Part shown: positions 60,379 through 64,000 of the stretch, in pieces
Position numbering within the stretch: position 1 is the first letter of the stretch
How the letters are laid out: each line of letters begins with the position of its first letter
DNA from: Gemmatimonadota bacterium
GTDB taxonomy: Bacteria > Gemmatimonadota > Gemmatimonadetes > Gemmatimonadales > Gemmatimonadaceae
DNA: 64,000 nt
NCBI GenBank assembly: GCA_040389905.1
Contig: JAZJZK010000013.1
Location: forward strand, 1-64,000
Direction of reading: 5' to 3'
Notes under the pieces: generated by a model
The model's database searches: none
What the model was told of the DNA's origin: nothing
What the model saw: the letters and a program-made list of their open reading frames with translations, nothing else
Made by a program: the position numbers and the translations under genes

Positions 60379-60391
60379 AGCGCTACCATGC

Positions 60392-62980
60392 TTACACCGC
60401 CGCTTCGGCTTCCTCCATGATCGTCGGCTTCGCAACCGGACCCACGCCGTTTTGCGCGGGCATCAGTGCAATCGCGAACGCTTCGTCGAGGGTGCTCACC
60501 GGATGGAAGGTGAGCTGGTTGCGCACCTCTTCCGGAATGTCCTCCATATCCGCCTCGTTGTCCTTCGGAAGAATGATGGTCGTGATGCCGGCGCGATGTG
60601 CGCCAAGCACCTTTTCTTTCAATCCGCCGATGGGCAATACGCGGCCTCGCAGCGTCGACTCGCCCGTCATTGCCACTTCGCGCCGCACCGGCCGGCCAGA
60701 CATCGCACTCACGAGCGCCGTCGAAATGGCGACACCGGCACTCGGGCCGTCCTTCGGAATCGCGCCGGCCGGCACATGTACGTGCACTTCGATCGAGCCG
60801 AGACGATCCTCGGGAATCTTGAGCGCAGATGCATGCGTTGCCGCATAGGTCAGCGCGGCGCGGGCACTCTCCTTCATGACGTCGCCCAGCTGACCGGTCA
60901 GGATGAGTGAGACATTGCCCCAGCCGCTCACCTGAACCTTCTGGTCATCGGCCGATGCATCCGAAGACCGCTGCGCACCGTGCAGGCGCCGAATCGCCGC
61001 TTCGACGAACATGATGTCCCCGCCCATCGGCGTGTAGTACATGCCTGCGGCCACCCCGATCTCATTCTCCTCGTTCGCCTGCTCGGGATGCACGCGCGGT
61101 CTGCCCAGCAATTCGCGCACGTCCTCCGGAGAGATCGTCAGGTCGTCCGTACCACCGGAGGCCAACTTGCGCGCAACCTTGCGAGCCACCGCACCGATCT
61201 GGCGCTCGAGATTCCGCACACCGCTCTCGCGCGTGTACTTGCTCACGATCGTCATCACCGCGTCGTCGGTGAACGTGACTTTCTTGCTCTTGAGTCCCGA
61301 GTCCTCGATCTGGCGCGGAATCAGGTACTTCTTCGCGATCTCCGCTTTCTCACGCTCGGTGTAGCCGGCGAATTCCACCGCTTCCATACGATCGAAGAGC
61401 GGACCCGGAATGTTCTGGACGAAATTCGCCGTCGCAATGAAGAGCACTTCGCTCAGATCGAAGGGGACGCCGAGATAGTGATCGGTGAACGTATCGTTCT
61501 GGGCGGGATCGAGCACTTCGAGCAGTGCACTCGCTGGATCGCCCTGGAAGCCCTGACCGAGCTTGTCGACTTCGTCGAGCAGGAAGACGGGATTGCGCGT
61601 CTTCGCCTGCTTGAGCCCCTGAATGATGCGACCAGGCATTGCCCCGACGTACGTGCGACGGTGCCCGCGAATGTCCGCCTCATCGCGCACGCCGCCCAAC
61701 GAGACGCGAACATATTCGCGGCCCAGTGAACGGGCGATCGACTTCGCGATCGACGTCTTGCCGACACCCGGCGGACCGGAGAACAGCAGAATCGGACCCT
61801 TCGCCATCGCACGCGCCTTGGCTTCCTTCGTATCAGTCACCGCCCGATGCTCGTCCGTCGTCGTGAGACTCGGCGTCGCATCGGCGCGGTCGATGTTGAA
61901 GGCTGCGACAGGAATCTCCCCGACCTGCTCCACCTCATCCGCCATTTCCTGGGCGCGAAGCTGGCGCACCGCGAGAAATTCCAACACGCGGTCCTTCACG
62001 TCCGGCAGGCCATAGTGGTCTTCCTCGAGCACCTGTTCTGCACGAGCAAGATCCAGGTTGTCGTCAGACCGCTTGTTCCACGGCAGTTCCGCGATCCACT
62101 CGAGATAGGTGCGGATCACCTGGGCTTCCATCGACTCGCGCCCCGAACGTTCGAGGCGTCCCAGCTCGCGCTCGACCTCCGTCTTGGCAGTTGGGGGCAG
62201 TTCGAGCTTCTCGAGCTTTTCCCGCAGGTCGGAGATCTCCTTGCTCTGGTCGTCGTCGCCGAGCTCCTTCTGGATGGCCTTCATTTGCTCGCGGAGGTAC
62301 ATCTCGCGCTGGCGCTCGCCGAGTTCCTCCTGCACCTGTGACTTGATCTCTTCCTGCATCTCGATCATGCCGATCTGGCGCTGGACGTGCACGAGCACGC
62401 GGCGCAGCCGGTCTTCGACGGAGAGGTTCTCGAGGAGTCCCTGCCGTTCGGCAACCGGAAGCTCGATGTAGCCCGCCACGAGGTCCGCGAAGCGGCCGGA
62501 GTCGCTGACCGCGTCGAGCACCTGGTGCACGACTTCCTCAGGGAGGCCTCGGCGCTCGCCCAATTCGGCGGCGCGTTCGCGGATTTCTTTATACAGGGCG
62601 ACGAATGCCGGGTCGTTTTCGTCGAGCGGCTTCATTTCGTCCAGGGGAGAGACGACCGCGCTCAAATAGTTGTCCGCCGGATTCGTAGCGTACTGAAGCG
62701 CCGTGGCGCGCTGTTCTCCTTGTAACAAAAGTTGCACGCCGCCCAGACCGCGCTGGATCTGCCCGATGCGGGCGATCACGCCCATGGAATACAGGATTTC
62801 GGGCGTCGGTTCGTCGGTATTGTCGCGCTGCGCAACGGCAAACACGAGCCGGTCGCCCTTGAGGGCCGCCTCGATGGCGCGAAGCGTACCTGGCCTCCCC
62901 GCGGCAATGGGGGCAGTGAGCCCGGGGAAAATGACCGTCCCCCGGAGGGGGAGAACGGGAAGCGTCTGGCGCTGACCCAT
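60392..62980 (-). CDS. lon: ATP-dependent protease La
   Basis: LPVLPLR, GPPGVGKT, LLDEVDK, PKDGPSAG, GGLKEK. Confidence 0.95.
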   Translation of the reverse strand: MGQRQTLPVLPLRGTVIFPGLTAPIAAGRPGTLRAIEAALKGDRLVFAVAQRDNTDEPTPEILYSMGVIARIGQIQRGLGGVQLLLQGEQRATALQYATNPADNYLSAVVSPLDEMKPLDENDPAFVALYKEIRERAAELGERRGLPEEVVHQVLDAVSDSGRFADLVAGYIELPVAERQGLLENLSVEDRLRRVLVHVQRQIGMIEMQEEIKSQVQEELGERQREMYLREQMKAIQKELGDDDQSKEISDLREKLEKLELPPTAKTEVERELGRLERSGRESMEAQVIRTYLEWIAELPWNKRSDDNLDLARAEQVLEEDHYGLPDVKDRVLEFLAVRQLRAQEMADEVEQVGEIPVAAFNIDRADATPSLTTTDEHRAVTDTKEAKARAMAKGPILLFSGPPGVGKTSIAKSIARSLGREYVRVSLGGVRDEADIRGHRRTYVGAMPGRIIQGLKQAKTRNPVFLLDEVDKLGQGFQGDPASALLEVLDPAQNDTFTDHYLGVPFDLSEVLFIATANFVQNIPGPLFDRMEAVEFAGYTEREKAEIAKKYLIPRQIEDSGLKSKKVTFTDDAVMTIVSKYTRESGVRNLERQIGAVARKVARKLASGGTDDLTISPEDVRELLGRPRVHPEQANEENEIGVAAGMYYTPMGGDIMFVEAAIRRLHGAQRSSDASADDQKVQVSGWGNVSLILTGQLGDVMKESARAALTYAATHASALKIPEDRLGSIEVHVHVPAGAIPKDGPSAGVAISTALVSAMSGRPVRREVAMTGESTLRGRVLPIGGLKEKVLGAHRAGITTIILPKDNEADMEDIPEEVRNQLTFHPVSTLDEAFAIALMPAQNGVGPVAKPTIMEEAEAAV

Positions 62981-63185
62981 GTTCGTTCCTGGTGGTAAAG
63001 GTGCGGCAGACTGGCGGGACTTCAGGAAACGGCGCCGCCAGAGCCAAGGGCGACCGTAAGCGCACAGTCCATTCCAACTCGGGTACGACAGCACGGCAGT
63101 ATGTGACACTAAATGCAGCCATCGTGACGTAGTGTACCTGCCGCCATGGCGGTTGTCCTTTCCGTTGTCTGTTCGCTGTGCTACA

Positions 63186-64000
63186 ATGTCCCCTGCCAGC
63201 CTCACCCTGCCGACCCGTCGTCGCTTGCCCGACCCGCTCGCCACAGCCGCGGATGATGAGTTGCGCGCACACGTACAGCGCGCGCTCACCGACCATTACG
63301 AGCTCGACTGCGAGATCGGACGGGGCGGTATGGGCATTGTGTACCTTGCCAAGGATCTCCAGCTCAAGCGGCAGGTCGCCATCAAGGTGTTGCCGCCCGA
63401 GCTCGCGTTCCGCAGCGAGATCAAGATGCGTTTCCGGCGTGAGGCGGAAACCGCCGCGCAGCTCGGACATCCGAACATCGTCCCCATCTACTCAGTCGGC
63501 GATCAGGGTGGGCTCGTCTACTTCGTCATGGGCTACGTCAACGGCGACAACCTCGCCAAACGTCTCCATGAACGCGGCGTCCTGACGCACGAAGAGACGC
63601 GCAGGATTCTCCGGGACGTCGGCGACGCACTCGCCTATGCGCACGACCGTGGAGTCGTGCACCGCGACATCAAGCCGGACAACATCCTGCTCGATGCCAC
63701 GACGGGCCGCCCGATGGTCACGGATTTCGGTATCGCGCGCGCGATGGACTCGAGTGGCGACAGCCGGCTGACGGCCACCGGCATGGCGATCGGGACGCCC
63801 GCGTATATGTCGCCGGAACAGGCGGCGGGCGACCGCGAGATCGACGGGCGGAGCGACCTGTACTCCCTCGGCATTCTCGGTTACCAGATGCTGACCGGCG
63901 AGCCGCCGTTCACCGCAGGCAGCACTCCTGCAATGTTGGTGAAGCACATCTCCGAGCGTCCGATTCCGGTGCAGCAGCGTCGCAGCGACGTGCCCGCGGA
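63186..64000 (+). CDS. Hanks-type Ser/Thr protein kinase (runs off the window end; absent from the ORF track)
   Basis: Translated by hand: IGRGGMGIVY, VAIKVL, HRDIKPDN, TDFGIA, GTPAYMSPEQ. Confidence 0.92.
   Translation, partial: MSPASLTLPTRRRLPDPLATAADDELRAHVQRALTDHYELDCEIGRGGMGIVYLAKDLQLKRQVAIKVLPPELAFRSEIKMRFRREAETAAQLGHPNIVPIYSVGDQGGLVYFVMGYVNGDNLAKRLHERGVLTHEETRRILRDVGDALAYAHDRGVVHRDIKPDNILLDATTGRPMVTDFGIARAMDSSGDSRLTATGMAIGTPAYMSPEQAAGDREIDGRSDLYSLGILGYQMLTGEPPFTAGSTPAMLVKHISERPIPVQQRRSDVPA

Noticed and set aside
62981..63289. N-terminal extension of Lon in the ORF track (similarly for rsgA, terC, degT and LigD-PE)
   Set aside because: Homology begins at downstream starts; the extensions overlap neighbouring genes or promoters

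Overview
GC-rich bacterial chromosomal window. Gene content and order suggest Gemmatimonadota (inference only). It is mostly core metabolism and regulation: fadI-fadJ, proline dehydrogenase, rsgA, fused 2-oxoacid dehydrogenase E1, glutamine-dependent NAD synthetase, PBP1A, lon, a cold-shock protein and a partial Ser/Thr kinase. Two ECF sigma/anti-sigma pairs are present, one with a glycogen-binding CBM48-like sensor and one with a zinc anti-sigma. Accessory-looking parts are: a 3905-aa Ig-repeat lipoprotein with a cohesin-like domain; an S8 protease lipoprotein; two small HNH nucleases; a stand-alone LigD phosphoesterase with a lysine-rich VNTR tail; an orphan single-module NRPS (C-A[Gly]-T-TE[Cys]) directly behind lon; and an unknown 232-aa helical protein preceded by a G-poor degenerate 21-nt-period array. 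Intergenic spaces carry at least five families of palindromic REP/MITE-like repeats. I recognised no tRNA, rRNA, CRISPR array, transposase or integrase.
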